A DNA stretch of 64,000 nt, taken from assembly GCA_963737525.1 (NCBI GenBank), contig CAVTTD010000040.1, positions 11,337-75,336 on the forward strand, read 5' to 3'. Shown piece after piece: positions 9,326-20,049 of the stretch. The position numbers were made by a program, and so were the translations under genes. The DNA is from an uncultured Actinomycetota bacterium (GTDB lineage: Bacteria > Actinomycetota > UBA4738 > HRBIN12). The notes under the pieces are model-generated. The model was not told the origin of the DNA and ran no database searches. It was given only the letters and a program-made list of their open reading frames with translations. Each line of letters starts with the position of its first letter. Positions within the stretch are counted from its first letter, which is position 1.

Positions 9326-11884
9326 ATGCCAGGAACCCTCGTCATCGTCGAATCGCCTGCGAAGGCGAAGACCATCGAGAAGTACCTGGGCGACGACTAT
9401 GCCGTCCGGGCTTCGTTCGGGCATGTCAGAGACCTGCCGAAGAGCCAGCTCGGCGTGGACGTGGAGAAGGACTTCGGCGTGACCTACGAGGTGCCGGAGG
9501 ATTCGAAGAAGCACGTCGCCGAGCTGAAGCGTGCGATGAAGGGCGCGAGCGACCTGATCCTCGCGACCGACTACGACCGTGAGGGTGAGGCGATCGCCTT
9601 CCACGTGGCGACCCTGCTCGGTCTGGATCCCCGCGAGACGAAGCGGATCGCGTTCACCGAGATCACCCGCGACGCGATCCTCGAGGCGGTCCAGCACCCT
9701 CGCCCGATCGACTCCGAGCTCTTCGATGCGCAAGAGGCTCGGCGCGTGCTCGACCGGCTGGTGGGATACCGCCTCAGCCCCATCCTGTGGAGGCGAGTCC
9801 GGCCGGGTCTGTCGGCGGGCCGCGTGCAGTCCGTCGCCGTCCGGTTGATCGTTGAGCGCGAACGGGAGATCCGGGCGTTCAACCCCGTCGAGTACTGGAG
9901 CATCGACGTCCGGCTCACACCCGAGGGCCGGGACGAGGAGAGCGCTCAGCCGTTCGTGGCTCGCCTCACCGAGATCCCCGAGGGCAAGCTCGCGACGGCT
10001 CCCGACAAGAAGGGCATCCTGCTGGGCGCCGAAGTCGACGCCACGCCGCACGTCGATCGGCTCGGTCGAGCCACGTATCGGGTCACCGACGTCCAGAAGA
10101 AGGAGCGGAAGCGGTCACCGGCTCCCCCGTTCACGACCTCGACGCTCCAGCAGGAGGCAGCGCGGAAGCTCGGCTTCTCCGCGCGCAAGACGATGACGAT
10201 CGCCCAGCGCTTGTACGAGGGCGTCAATCTCCCGGGCGAGGGTTCGGTCGGTCTGATCACCTACATGCGGACCGACTCGGTGAACATCGCCGAGACGGCG
10301 CTGCGCGAGATCGCGGAACTGGTGAAGGACGAGTACGGCGGTCCGTATGCGCTCGCGGAGCACCGCCGGTACAAGACGAGGTCCCGGAACGCGCAGGAGG
10401 CGCACGAGGCGATCCGCCCGACGTCGGTGTTCCGCACGCCGAGCCGGGTCGCGGGCTCACTCGATCGCGACCAGCTGCGGCTGTACGAGCTGATCTGGAA
10501 GCGGACCGTGGCCACGCAGATGGCGGAGGCTCGCTTCGATCAGGTCGGCGTCGACATCCAGGCGGTCGACGGGGATGCGCGCTACGGCCTGCGGGCGACC
10601 GGCCAGACGATGGTGTTCGACGGGTTCATCCGCGTCTACACGGAGGGGCGCGACGAAGGGCCGGACGAGGACGCGGAGTCGCGTCTGCCGGAGCTCACGG
10701 CCGAGCAGCTGCTGCGCCTGCTCGAGGTCTTGCCCGAGCAGCACTTCACGCAGCCGCCGCCGCGCTACACGGAGGCGACGCTCGTGAAGACGCTCGAGGA
10801 GCTCGGGATCGGTCGTCCCTCGACGTATGCCTCGATCATCCAGACGATCCAGGCCCGCAACTACGTCCGCCTCGAGCAGAAACGGTTCATGCCCGAGGAC
10901 GTCGCCGAGGTCGTGACGGACCGCTTGGTCCAGCACTTCCCGGACATCGTGGACGTCCACTTCACCGCCCGGATGGAGGAGGAGCTGGACGACATCGCGG
11001 AGGGCAAGGCCACGCGGCTGAAGGTCCTCCAGGACTTCTACGACCCCTTCTCCGAGGCGCTGCTGCTCGCGGAGGAGAAGTGGGAACGCTATCTGGAGGA
11101 GACCGAGGAGCTCTGTCCGAAGTGCCCCACGGAAGGACGGGTCCCCGGGCGGCTGCAGGTGCGGCTGGGCAGGTTCGGGAAGTTCATCGGCTGCGAGAAC
11201 TTCCCCGACTGCGACTACATCAGGAACCTCGACGGCAGCGAGCGGCCGGAGCCGGAGCTGCTCGACGAGAACTGCCCGGATTGTGGACGGCAGCTCGTGA
11301 AGAAGGTGGGTCGCTTCGGGCCGTTCGTGGGCTGCACCGGCTACCCGGACTGCCGCTACATCAAGAAGGAACCGCCGAAGAGCACGGGCGTCACCTGTCC
11401 GCAGTGCGGCCAGGGTGAGCTGGTCGAGAAGCGCACACGCTTCGGGCTGATGTATGGATGCGAGCGGTACCCCGACTGCGACTGCGCCGTGAACAATCCG
11501 CCCGAGAAGGACATCCCGTGCCCCGACTGCGGTGGCTTGCTCCTGCGCCGGCCCAAGAGCCTGCGTTGCTGGCACTGCGGTGCCGAAGTCGATCTCGACA
11601 TGAAGGTGACCAAGCCGGGTGACCGGGAGGCCGAGGCGGCGGCGCGCGCGGCCAAGGCCGAGGCGCGCAAGGCCCGAGCGGCCGCGCGCGCCCCCCGGAA
11701 GACCGGCCAGAAGAGCGGGAAGAAGACCGTGAAGGCGAAGAGCCGATCCCCGAAGCGGCCGACCAAGAAGAAGGCGCCTGCGAGCAAGAAGACCGCGGCC
11801 ACGAAGAAGGCTCCCGCCTCGAAGAAGGTCGCGGTCGCCCAGGAGACGGCGCCGGCGCCGGTCGTGGCGGGCGAGGAAAGCTAG
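9326..11884 (+). CDS. topA: DNA topoisomerase I
   Basis: Toprim LVIVESPAKAKTIEKYLG, active-site region GLITYMRTDS, four C-terminal CxxC...CxxC zinc ribbons, Lys/Ala-rich tail. Intact 852-aa ORF. Confidence 0.95.
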   Translation: MPGTLVIVESPAKAKTIEKYLGDDYAVRASFGHVRDLPKSQLGVDVEKDFGVTYEVPEDSKKHVAELKRAMKGASDLILATDYDREGEAIAFHVATLLGLDPRETKRIAFTEITRDAILEAVQHPRPIDSELFDAQEARRVLDRLVGYRLSPILWRRVRPGLSAGRVQSVAVRLIVEREREIRAFNPVEYWSIDVRLTPEGRDEESAQPFVARLTEIPEGKLATAPDKKGILLGAEVDATPHVDRLGRATYRVTDVQKKERKRSPAPPFTTSTLQQEAARKLGFSARKTMTIAQRLYEGVNLPGEGSVGLITYMRTDSVNIAETALREIAELVKDEYGGPYALAEHRRYKTRSRNAQEAHEAIRPTSVFRTPSRVAGSLDRDQLRLYELIWKRTVATQMAEARFDQVGVDIQAVDGDARYGLRATGQTMVFDGFIRVYTEGRDEGPDEDAESRLPELTAEQLLRLLEVLPEQHFTQPPPRYTEATLVKTLEELGIGRPSTYASIIQTIQARNYVRLEQKRFMPEDVAEVVTDRLVQHFPDIVDVHFTARMEEELDDIAEGKATRLKVLQDFYDPFSEALLLAEEKWERYLEETEELCPKCPTEGRVPGRLQVRLGRFGKFIGCENFPDCDYIRNLDGSERPEPELLDENCPDCGRQLVKKVGRFGPFVGCTGYPDCRYIKKEPPKSTGVTCPQCGQGELVEKRTRFGLMYGCERYPDCDCAVNNPPEKDIPCPDCGGLLLRRPKSLRCWHCGAEVDLDMKVTKPGDREAEAAARAAKAEARKARAAARAPRKTGQKSGKKTVKAKSRSPKRPTKKKAPASKKTAATKKAPASKKVAVAQETAPAPVVAGEES

Positions 11885-11886
11885 GC

Positions 11887-13986
11887 GTGGCGAGCGTCGC
11901 CGACGAGGTTGCCGCGCTTCGCGGCACCCGGTCGGCGACGCTCGGCGATCTGATCACGCATCCGCCGTTCGCTCGCCTGCTGGCGGCGATGTCCGTCTCA
12001 TCGCTCGGGGACTGGGTCGGATTCCTCGCGGTCACGTCGCTCGTCGCGGATCTCGCCGGCGGCACCGGCGGAGCCGCCTTCTCGGTTGCGGGCCTGATGC
12101 TCGCCCGCACGCTCCCCGCCGTCTTGTTCGGGCCGATCGCCGGGACCCTCGTCGACCGGCTCGATCGCAAGCGGATCATGATCATCGCCGACCTCGCCCG
12201 CGGCACGATGTACGTCGCGATGGTGTTCATCGGACAGCTCTGGGCGATCTACGCGCTGTCGTTCGCGATCGAGTGCTTCTCTCTCGTCTGGGGGCCCGCG
12301 CGCGACGCGTCGCTGCCCAAGTTGGTTCCGCGCCGCCAGCTCGCGAACGCGAACTCGATCGCGCTCGCTTCCACCTACGGCACCCTTCCGCTCGGCGGGA
12401 TCGTGTTCACCGTGCTCGTCGGAGTGAACACGCTGCTCAGCCACGCGATCACGGTCCTCCAAGGACGCGACCAAGCCGTGCCGCTGTTCCTCGACGCCGC
12501 GACGTTCGTGTTCTCGGCCGCCATGATCAGCCGCGTTCCGATCCCTCCTTCCCCCGCGATGCTCACCGGGCGTCTGGACTTCTCGCGCATCTGGCGCGAC
12601 GTGCGCGACGGGATCCGTTTCCTCCGCGAGGACTCCATGGCCTCGGCGATGACCGCCGGGATCGTCGTCGCCTTCTCGGCCGTCGGCGCCGTCCTGGCAC
12701 TGGCGCCGATCTTCGTCGTCAACACCCTCGGTGCCGACAAGGGCGGCTGGGGATTCATGGTGACGGCGTTCGGGGTCGGCATCGGTCTCGGGATGGTGAG
12801 CGCCAACCAGGCATCGCGCTTGATCGATCGGGTCTCGGTCTTCCCGTGGTCGATCGTCGTGGCCGCCGCCACGCTGTTCGTGCTCTCGGCCATGCCCACC
12901 TTCGCGCTCGCCGCCGTCGTCACGGTCTGGCTGGGCGCGTTCTGCGGGCTGGCGTGGGTCACCGGCTACACCCTGCTGCAGGAGAACGTCCGGGACGAGT
13001 TCCGCGGTCGCACGTTCGCCTCGCTCACGGTGCTGTCCCGGATGGGGTTGTTCCTCTCCCTCGCTACGTTCCCTACGCTGGCGGGTGTCTATGGCACGTT
13101 GGGCGCCGGCCCCGAGCTCGGGATCCGACTGGCTCTCGCGAGCGCGGGCATCGCGGTGGCCATCGCCGGTCTCAACACCTGGCGTCTCCTCAAGCGATAC
13201 CGACTCTCCCGTCCCCAGGCCCTCACGCTCGTGCCGAAGCTGAAGCGGCCGCCGGCCACCGGGTTCTTCATCGCCTTCGAGGGCGTCGAGGGCTCCGGCA
13301 AGGGCACCCAGGTGGGGATGGCCGAGGAGTTCATGCGCTCCGAGGGCTACGACGTGCTGGTGACGCGAGAGCCGGGCGGCACCGCCGTCGGCGAGCGGGT
13401 ACGCGAGCTGCTCCTGGACCCCGACACCGGGAAGCTCGATGCGCGCACCGAGGCGCTGCTGTTCGCGGCCTCCCGCGCGCAGACCGTCCATTCGGTGATC
13501 CGGCCTGCCCTCGCGGAGGGGAAGGTCGTGATCTGCGACCGGTACGTGGACTCGTCCCTCGCGTATCAGGGCTGGGGGCGAGGGCTGGGCGAGCAGGACA
13601 TCCTCACGTTGAACGTGTGGGGGACGCAGGGCCTGTTCCCGGACCTCGTGATCCTGCTGCACCTGGAACCGGAACGAGGGCTGCTCCGGTCGACCGAGGC
13701 GCCCGATCGGATGGAGCTCGAGGGTCAGGACTTCCACACGAAGGTCGCCGACGCCTACCTGAAGATCGCCGAAGAGCACCCGGAACGCTTCGTCGTCATC
13801 GAGGCCGACAAGCCTCCCGCCGAGGTCTTCGACGCCGTGCGCGCCGCGCTCGACAAGGCGCTGGGCGAGCGGGAGGAAGGTGGCGGCGCCGGATCGCTGA
13901 AGCCGGGCGCCGGCGCCGAGGGGACGGGTGCCGACGCGCCCGCGAGCGACGACGAGCCCGGATCCGAGGCGCTGCCCGCCGACTGA
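11887..13986 (+). CDS. tmk: MFS-type membrane domain fused to thymidylate kinase
   Basis: The first ~440 aa are a polytopic MFS-like region. The C-terminal half has FIAFEGVEGSGKGTQ (P-loop), TREPGGT and DRYVDSSLAYQG (dTMP kinase). Single intact ORF. Confidence 0.85.
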   Translation: MASVADEVAALRGTRSATLGDLITHPPFARLLAAMSVSSLGDWVGFLAVTSLVADLAGGTGGAAFSVAGLMLARTLPAVLFGPIAGTLVDRLDRKRIMIIADLARGTMYVAMVFIGQLWAIYALSFAIECFSLVWGPARDASLPKLVPRRQLANANSIALASTYGTLPLGGIVFTVLVGVNTLLSHAITVLQGRDQAVPLFLDAATFVFSAAMISRVPIPPSPAMLTGRLDFSRIWRDVRDGIRFLREDSMASAMTAGIVVAFSAVGAVLALAPIFVVNTLGADKGGWGFMVTAFGVGIGLGMVSANQASRLIDRVSVFPWSIVVAAATLFVLSAMPTFALAAVVTVWLGAFCGLAWVTGYTLLQENVRDEFRGRTFASLTVLSRMGLFLSLATFPTLAGVYGTLGAGPELGIRLALASAGIAVAIAGLNTWRLLKRYRLSRPQALTLVPKLKRPPATGFFIAFEGVEGSGKGTQVGMAEEFMRSEGYDVLVTREPGGTAVGERVRELLLDPDTGKLDARTEALLFAASRAQTVHSVIRPALAEGKVVICDRYVDSSLAYQGWGRGLGEQDILTLNVWGTQGLFPDLVILLHLEPERGLLRSTEAPDRMELEGQDFHTKVADAYLKIAEEHPERFVVIEADKPPAEVFDAVRAALDKALGEREEGGGAGSLKPGAGAEGTGADAPASDDEPGSEALPAD

Positions 13987-14017
13987 CGTCGTCGGTACCC
14001 CGAGGTAGCGTTCGGCC

Positions 14018-15142
14018 GTGAGCGTTCCCGTCCTCGATCGCGTCCCCGGCCAGGTCGCCGCGATGGCGTTCCTCCAGGGCGCGATCGAGCGTCCCCACCA
14101 CGCGTACGTGTTCGCCGGTCCGGAGGGCAGCGGGAAATCGCTCGCCGCCCGGGCGTTCGCCGCCGCCCTGCTGTGCCGGCGAGGAGGATGCGGCGAGTGT
14201 CGCGATTGCCGTCTCGCGGAGGAAGACCACCATCCCAATCAGTTCGTGATCGAGCCCGAGGGCCGCGACATCCACGTCGAGACGATCCGGACGGAGGTCT
14301 GGCAACCGGCCTATCGCACGGCACCCGAGCCGGGACGGAAGCTCTTCATCGTTCGTGAGGCTGACCGCCTCTCACCGCAGGCCGCCGACACGTTGCTGAA
14401 GGTGCTGGAGGAGCCTCCCGCCGACGCCGTGCTCCTGCTGTTGTCCGCGCGCGCTCACGAGCTGCCCGAGACCGTGTTGTCGCGGTGCCATGTCGTCACG
14501 TTCACGGCGTTGCCCGAGGCGTTCGTCGTCGAGGAGCTGATCCGCGGCGGCGCCGACGACGTCCGGGCTCGACTCGCGGCGCGTCTCGCCGGCGGCAACC
14601 TTGGCCGGGCGAGGAGACTTGCCGGTTCGGAAGAGGGTCTGCGTTTCCGGGACGCCGCGAGGACCGCGATCGAACTGGCCGCGGCCGGACCGGCCGGCGC
14701 CATCGAAGCGGCGGACGTCGTGATGCAGGCCGCGGCCGAGTACAAGAAAGGGATGAAGGACGAGCTCAAGGAGGAGCTCGCTCCGTTCCTGGACGATCGT
14801 GGTCGGCTCGAGGAGGCGTACCGAGGCGCGATCAGGCGTCTCGAGCTCAGGTTCCAGCGGCGGGAGCGTCGCGCCGAGCGCGACTACGTCGACTGGGTGC
14901 TGCTCGGCGTCTCCGCCCTCCTCCGCGACTCGGTGGCTACCGAGGTCGGTGGGGGGATCGAGGTTCTCCTCAACCCCGATCTCGCGGGCGAGGCGGGCGG
15001 CGCGCGCCTCCCCGTCGTCCGAGCCGCGCGCGGCATGGCAGCCGTCGAGGATGCGCGCGCCGCCCTCGCCGACGACATCAACCTCAACACGCGCCTGGTC
15101 CTCGAGCGGGCGTTCCTTCGCCTCGGCGACGTTGCCGCGTAA
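14018..15142 (+). CDS. holB: DNA polymerase III delta-prime subunit
   Basis: HAYVFAGPEGSGKS, zinc module CRRGGCGECRDC, LLKVLEEPP, SRC motif. Position after topA-tmk. Confidence 0.85.
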   Translation: MSVPVLDRVPGQVAAMAFLQGAIERPHHAYVFAGPEGSGKSLAARAFAAALLCRRGGCGECRDCRLAEEDHHPNQFVIEPEGRDIHVETIRTEVWQPAYRTAPEPGRKLFIVREADRLSPQAADTLLKVLEEPPADAVLLLLSARAHELPETVLSRCHVVTFTALPEAFVVEELIRGGADDVRARLAARLAGGNLGRARRLAGSEEGLRFRDAARTAIELAAAGPAGAIEAADVVMQAAAEYKKGMKDELKEELAPFLDDRGRLEEAYRGAIRRLELRFQRRERRAERDYVDWVLLGVSALLRDSVATEVGGGIEVLLNPDLAGEAGGARLPVVRAARGMAAVEDARAALADDINLNTRLVLERAFLRLGDVAA

Positions 15143-15164
15143 GGTCGCTCGGGGGAGCACAACT

Positions 15165-15180
15165 GTGGTGCTGGCACCAC
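15165..15180. promoter_or_regulatory. Palindromic candidate operator GTGGTGCTGGCACCAC, 34 nt upstream of the receiver gene
   Basis: Inverted repeat TGGTGC-TG-GCACCA read directly. It shares the 12-mer GTGCTGGCACCA with the site at 19957-19972. Confidence 0.4.
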
Positions 15181-15213
15181 TGGCGCACGGACCGCTCGGT
15201 GGGACGCTTGCAG

Positions 15214-15603
15214 ATGGAGGAACAGATGACCGTGCGAGTGCTCATCGTCGACGATCAAGAGCCCTTCCGGATGGCGGCCAGGATGGTGGTGGACGCGACG
15301 GAGGGCTTCGAGGTCGTGGGTGAGGCCGAGACGGGTGAGGACTCCGTCACGATGGCCTCCGACCTCTCGCCCGATCTCGTGCTGATGGACGTGAACCTGC
15401 CGGGGATCAACGGCCTCGACGCCACCCGCCAGATCCTTTCCGACAACGCGAACAGTGCCGTCGTTCTGCTCCTGTCCACGTACGAAGAAGAGGAGTACGC
15501 GCCGCGCGCGGCGGAGTGCGGCGCGGCCGCCTACATCCCCAAGTCGGCGTTCGGCCCCGACCGGCTGGAAGATGCGTGGGCCGCCGCGCGCGGCGCCGCC
15601 TGA
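15214..15603 (+). CDS. Single-domain response regulator (receiver only)
   Basis: VLIVDDQEPFR, LVLMDVNLPGINGLD, STYEEEEY..AAAYIPKS. No output domain. ATG 15214 or 15226. Confidence 0.8.
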   Translation: MEEQMTVRVLIVDDQEPFRMAARMVVDATEGFEVVGEAETGEDSVTMASDLSPDLVLMDVNLPGINGLDATRQILSDNANSAVVLLLSTYEEEEYAPRAAECGAAAYIPKSAFGPDRLEDAWAAARGAA

Positions 15604-15614
15604 CGGACCCAGTC

Positions 15615-17720
15615 TTACCCGGCCTCCGGAACCGAGAGCCGTGTCGGGACGGTGCCGCGCAATGTCGTTCCGCTCCCGGTTGTGCTCGTGATCTCCAAGG
15701 TGCCTCCGAGAGCGTCCAGGCGGTCGGCGATCCCTTGAAGGCCGGTCCCGTGAGTCGTCGTCGTCGGGCTCGAATCCCACGCCGTCGTCGGCGACCTCGA
15801 AACGGAGCTCCCCATCGCTCTGACGCAGCCGGATCTCGACGGAGGAGGCGTCGGCGTACTTCGCCACGTTGTTGAGCGCCTCGAGACAACAGAAGTACAC
15901 GGCCGACTCCACGTCCTGGCCGTACCGGCCGACGCCGTCTGGTTGCACGGTCGACGGGAACGGGAGACTTCCTCGCCTGGGCCTCCAGGGCGGCGGGCAA
16001 ACCCTTGTCGGCGAGCAGCGGCGGGTAGATGCCGCGGGCGAGGTCGCGCAGATCCTCCAGGGTCTCGGTCGTCTGGCCTTGCAGCTCCTCCAGCATGGTC
16101 CGTGCCTTCGCCGGGTCGCGTTCGAGCAACCCGCTCGCGAGGCGGAGCTTCACCGAGAGCGCCACGAGCTGCTGCTGGGCGCCGTCGTGGATGTTCCGCT
16201 CCAGCGCGCGGGCTCGCTCGTCCTGCGCGCTCACGATCCGGCGGCGCGATTCCCGGAGGTCCTCGATCAGGCGGACGTTCCTGAGCACCAGGCCCGCCTG
16301 TGCGGCCATGTCGCGCGCGAGCTTCGCCTTCGTCGGGTTCATCGGATCGTTCGCCGCCAGGGAGACGGTGAGCGCACCGAGGAGCTCACCCTGATGTCTG
16401 ACCTCGAACGCATCGTCGCCTCCGAAGTCGGGGAGATCGTCGTCTCGGACGGGCAGGTTCCGGGTCGGCGCGACATCGGGGGGCCAGGACGCCTCAGCGC
16501 GCATCTCGTTCCCGATGCGCAGCCAGACCCGCGCCGCACGCGCGCCGGTCGCCTCACCGAGGAGCTGCGCCATCCGCGGGAGGACGTCCTCCGTCGAATA
16601 GGTCTCGCCCACGCGCTCCGCGAACTCCGACAGGACCTCGTACGGCGTCGATCGCTTGCCGTAGACGATCCTGTTCGCCCATCGTTGTGCCCGTTTGCGG
16701 ACCAGGATGAATCCGATCGCGAGCACCGCACCGATGACGATCATCGGGACATCGACGACGTCTCCGCCGCCCAGGCCGATCAGCGCCACCGGAAGGAAGA
16801 CGGCCAAGAGGGCGACGGCGGCGATGAAGCCGGCCACCAGGAGTCCGTACTGGACGGTCTTCTTCACGACGACATCGAGGTCCCAGAGACCGTGGCGAAG
16901 GATCGCGATGCCGCAGACCGTCGGGATGCCGAGGAACATGCCGATGATGAAGCGCGAAGAACGCGAGGCCCGACACGATGCTTTCGTCGTTGACGACGCC
17001 GGTCGAAGAAGAGGCCGAAGGAGAGCACGAGGACGATCCCGAGGAAGACGCCGAGGAAGGCCAGCCACCTGATCTGTTGCCGCTCGAGCTGAGCGGCGCG
17101 TCGGTACCGCTGGATCAGGGAGACGACGGAGATCAGTGCGCCGAAGAGCCACGACCAGACCAGCGACGGTCGTGATCGCTTCGATCGCCGGCTTCCAGGA
17201 CGAAGGGAGCCCGATCGGGTTCGCCACAGGTCTCGGGAGCTCCGCGAAACCCGCTTCGAGGGGCCCGGGCGTGAGGGCGAACGCGATCATCATGACCGCA
17301 TAGGCGACCAGCATCACGCGCAGCAGCCAGCCCCACCGCCGGGACAGTGGCCGGCCGGTCGGGAAGATGAGGAACAGGAAGGCGAGCGGGCCGAACATCG
17401 CCGCGAATCCGACACGGCCCACCCACGCCGCCGCCGCGAGGAGGGGCAGGTCCCGTTGCTGGGCCAGGCTCGCGTACGAGCCCGCGAGGATGCTGATGGA
17501 TGCGGAGAGCCCGACCCAGGCGAACAGCCACCCGACGCGGTTCCCCGCCTGTCGCGACGTGATCAGAGCTCCGACGGTCGCGTAGAGGAGGATCGCGAAT
17601 ACCGTGAAGGCGTATTCCCCGAGGTTGAAGCCGCTTCGCCAACGTGTTCACGACCACGTACCCGGCGGTGAACGCGACCGAGAGGCCCCAGATCGTCCAC
17701 GCGAGACGCCGCTGGCTCAT
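15615..17720 (-). pseudogene. Membrane sensor histidine kinase, paralog 1 (multi-TM N-domain, GAF, HisKA_3, HATPase), at least 5 frame switches
   Basis: FPTGRPLSRRW, HGLWDLDVVVKK, YGKRSTPYEVLSEFAERVGETYSTEDVLPRMAQ (GAF), ERNIHDGAQQQLVAL (H-box), YFCCLEALNNVAKY, GLQGIADRLDALGG. Pieces lie in ORFs 17133..17720, 15407..17422, 14884..15948 and 15615..15815. Confidence 0.75.
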
Positions 17721-19872
17721 CGGGTCTCCTCGATCACCGGGAGGCTGCCGTTGACCGCGGTGCCCTCACCGGGCGCGCTCCGGATCTCGAACGTGCCGCC
17801 GAGCGCGGCGAGTCGGTCGGCGATCCCCTGGAGTCCCGAGCCGCGCTCGGCGGTCGCCGGGTCGAAACCCCGCCCGTCGTCGGACACCGTGAAGTTGAGG
17901 GTGCCGTTCCGCTGCGCGAGCCGGACGGTAGCGGCCGTCGCCTCCGAGTACTTCGCCACGTTCTGCAGGGCCTCGAGGCAGGAGAAGTAGACGGCCGCCT
18001 CCGTCTCCTGCGGGTAGCGGCCGATCCCGTCCGATTCGACCACGATGCCGACGGCGGACTTCCGAGCCTGACCTTCCAGAGCCGCGACGAGGCCCCGATC
18101 GGCGAGCACCGGCGGGTAGATCCCGCGTGCGAGGTCGCGGAGGTCCTCGATCGCTTCACCGGTCTCGGCTTTCGCTTGTTCGAGCATCTCGACCGCCTTC
18201 GAAGGATCCGCCGGCACGAGACGCTCCGCGAGCCCCAGCTTCACGGAGAGCGCGACGAGCTGCTGCTGCGCGCCATCGTGGATGTTCCGCTCGATCCGGC
18301 GGCGTTCCTCGTCTTGCGCGTTGACGATCCTCCGCCGGGACTCGCGGAGCTCCTCGATGAGGCGGACGTTCCGGAGCACGAGGCCGGTCTGCGACGCGAG
18401 GTCGCCGACGATCCGCTCCTTGGAGGGGTTCATCGGATCGCTCGGGCGCATCTCGAGCGTGAGAGCACCGAGCAGCTCGCCCTGATGGCGGATCTCGACG
18501 GCCGTGTCTTGGAAGTCGGGGAGCTCGCCATCGTGAGCGGGAAGTGACCGGCTCCCGATCGCCTCCGTGGGCCACGCGGCCGCCGGGCGCATCTCGGAGC
18601 CGACCTTGAGCCACACCCGCGCTGCGTTCGCTCCGGTGGCCTGACCGATCAACTGCGCCATGCGCGGCAAGACGTCCTCGGTCGAATACGTCTCGCCGCT
18701 CGTTCCGAGAACTCCGAGAGCACTTCGTAGGGGGAAGCGCGGCCGCCGTAGACGACGCGATCGGCGATCCTCCTCGCCAGTCGGTAGGCGGGGATCACGA
18801 GGAGCCCGAACGCGGCTCCGAACAGCAGGAGCAGGGGAGGGCGGTCGTACAACGAAGGCACGAGCGATCCTCCCAACAGCAGGGCGCCCAGTCCCGCGAT
18901 CGCGAGCAGGAGCAAGACCAGGATCGCGAACACGATCGTCTTCTTGATGACGAGATCGAGGTCGTACAGGCGGTACTTCAGGACGGCGACGCCCATCGCG
19001 ATCGGAACCCCGACGCCGATCAGCGAGAAGATCACACCGAAGAACACCTGAGGACCGATGGATCGATCGAATCGCTCTCCGAAGATGAGGCCCGTCGCGA
19101 GGGCGAGCAGAAGGGAGGCGATCACCGCGACGGCGATGAAGGCGAGCCATCGGATCTGCTGCCTCGACTCACCCTCCGACCGTCGGTACCGCAGCACGAG
19201 CGACGCGATCGAGAGGGGGATCGAAGCGAGCAAACCGATCCACCCGATCCCACCGGTGATCTCGACGATCGGACGGATCGCCTCGAGCCCGAACGGGTTG
19301 GCAACCGCGTACCCGGTCTCGACCTGGAGCGATCCCGGACCCAGTGCCGTTCCCAGCGATGCGATCGACGCAGACGCCACCACGATCCACGGCACCAGTC
19401 GCCAGCGTGGGCTCACGACATGGCCAGTTGGATACAGAAGCGCCAAGACGAGAAGCGCGGAGAACGCGACGGCGTAGTCCCATGTCCCGAACCACGCGGC
19501 GACCGCGCCGAACGGGAGGACGCCGGGATCGATCTCCAAGGTGTACTTGGCGTACGTCTCGGTTGCCTGCGCCAACGCGAAGGCCAGCCCGACCGTCAAC
19601 ATGATCCAGCCCATCGGGTTCCTCGGGTTCCTCGAGGCGAGGATCGCCCCGACGGTCGAGTAGCCCAGGATCGTGAGGAGGACCACCGGCAGGAACACGA
19701 AGTCCTCCGTCGTCAACTCGTCGCCGGAACCACCGACGACGAACACCGTGATCGCCGCGAGGACCAGCAGGATCGTGAGCGCCCACAGCAGCCACGGCCA
19801 CCGAGATCTCGACGATCGGCGCCGCTCGTCCACCGCGAGCGAGTTCAGGTGCGTGCGCTCCTGTTCGTCCAT
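17717..19872 (-). pseudogene. Membrane sensor histidine kinase, paralog 2; one frame switch near 18700
   Basis: N-terminal TM domain in ORF 18649..20412 from MDEQERTHL (YPTGHVVSPRWR, YRLYDLDLVIKK). GAF/HisKA_3/HATPase in ORF 17717..19150 (GETYSTEDVLPRMAQ, ERNIHDGAQQQLVAL, YFSCLEALQNVAKY). ATGA overlap with the paralog 1 start at 17717-17720. Confidence 0.8.
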
Positions 19873-19956
19873 GTCGCCGAATCGTCCCACCGGGTGCCCC
19901 GCGGGCCAAGGGGGCCGACCTGCGGTTCTCCGTGCGGGAACACCCTGCGGGGGGGT

Positions 19957-19972
19957 GTGCTGGCACCAGCAC
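19957..19972. promoter_or_regulatory. Palindromic candidate operator GTGCTGG-CA-CCAGCAC in the divergent HK2/USP intergenic region
   Basis: Two 7-nt inverted arms read directly. The 12-mer GTGCTGGCACCA is identical to 15168-15179. It lies about 78 nt upstream of the USP ATG and about 85 nt from the HK2 start. Confidence 0.4.
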
Positions 19973-20049
19973 GAACTCCGCATGCACGCGCCGTCGCCGG
20001 GGCCCCCCCAACGGCGTAGCTTCGCCATGACGAACGAAGGAGGCCCACG

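Noticed and set aside
15171-19975. The TGGCAC core of the shared 12-mer resembles the -24 element of sigma-54 promoters
   Set aside because: No TTGC-like -12 element follows at the required spacing (CACTGGCGC and CAGCACGAA follow instead). The sites are symmetric palindromes. The gene order indicates an actinobacterium, a group that generally lacks rpoN. An operator is the better reading.
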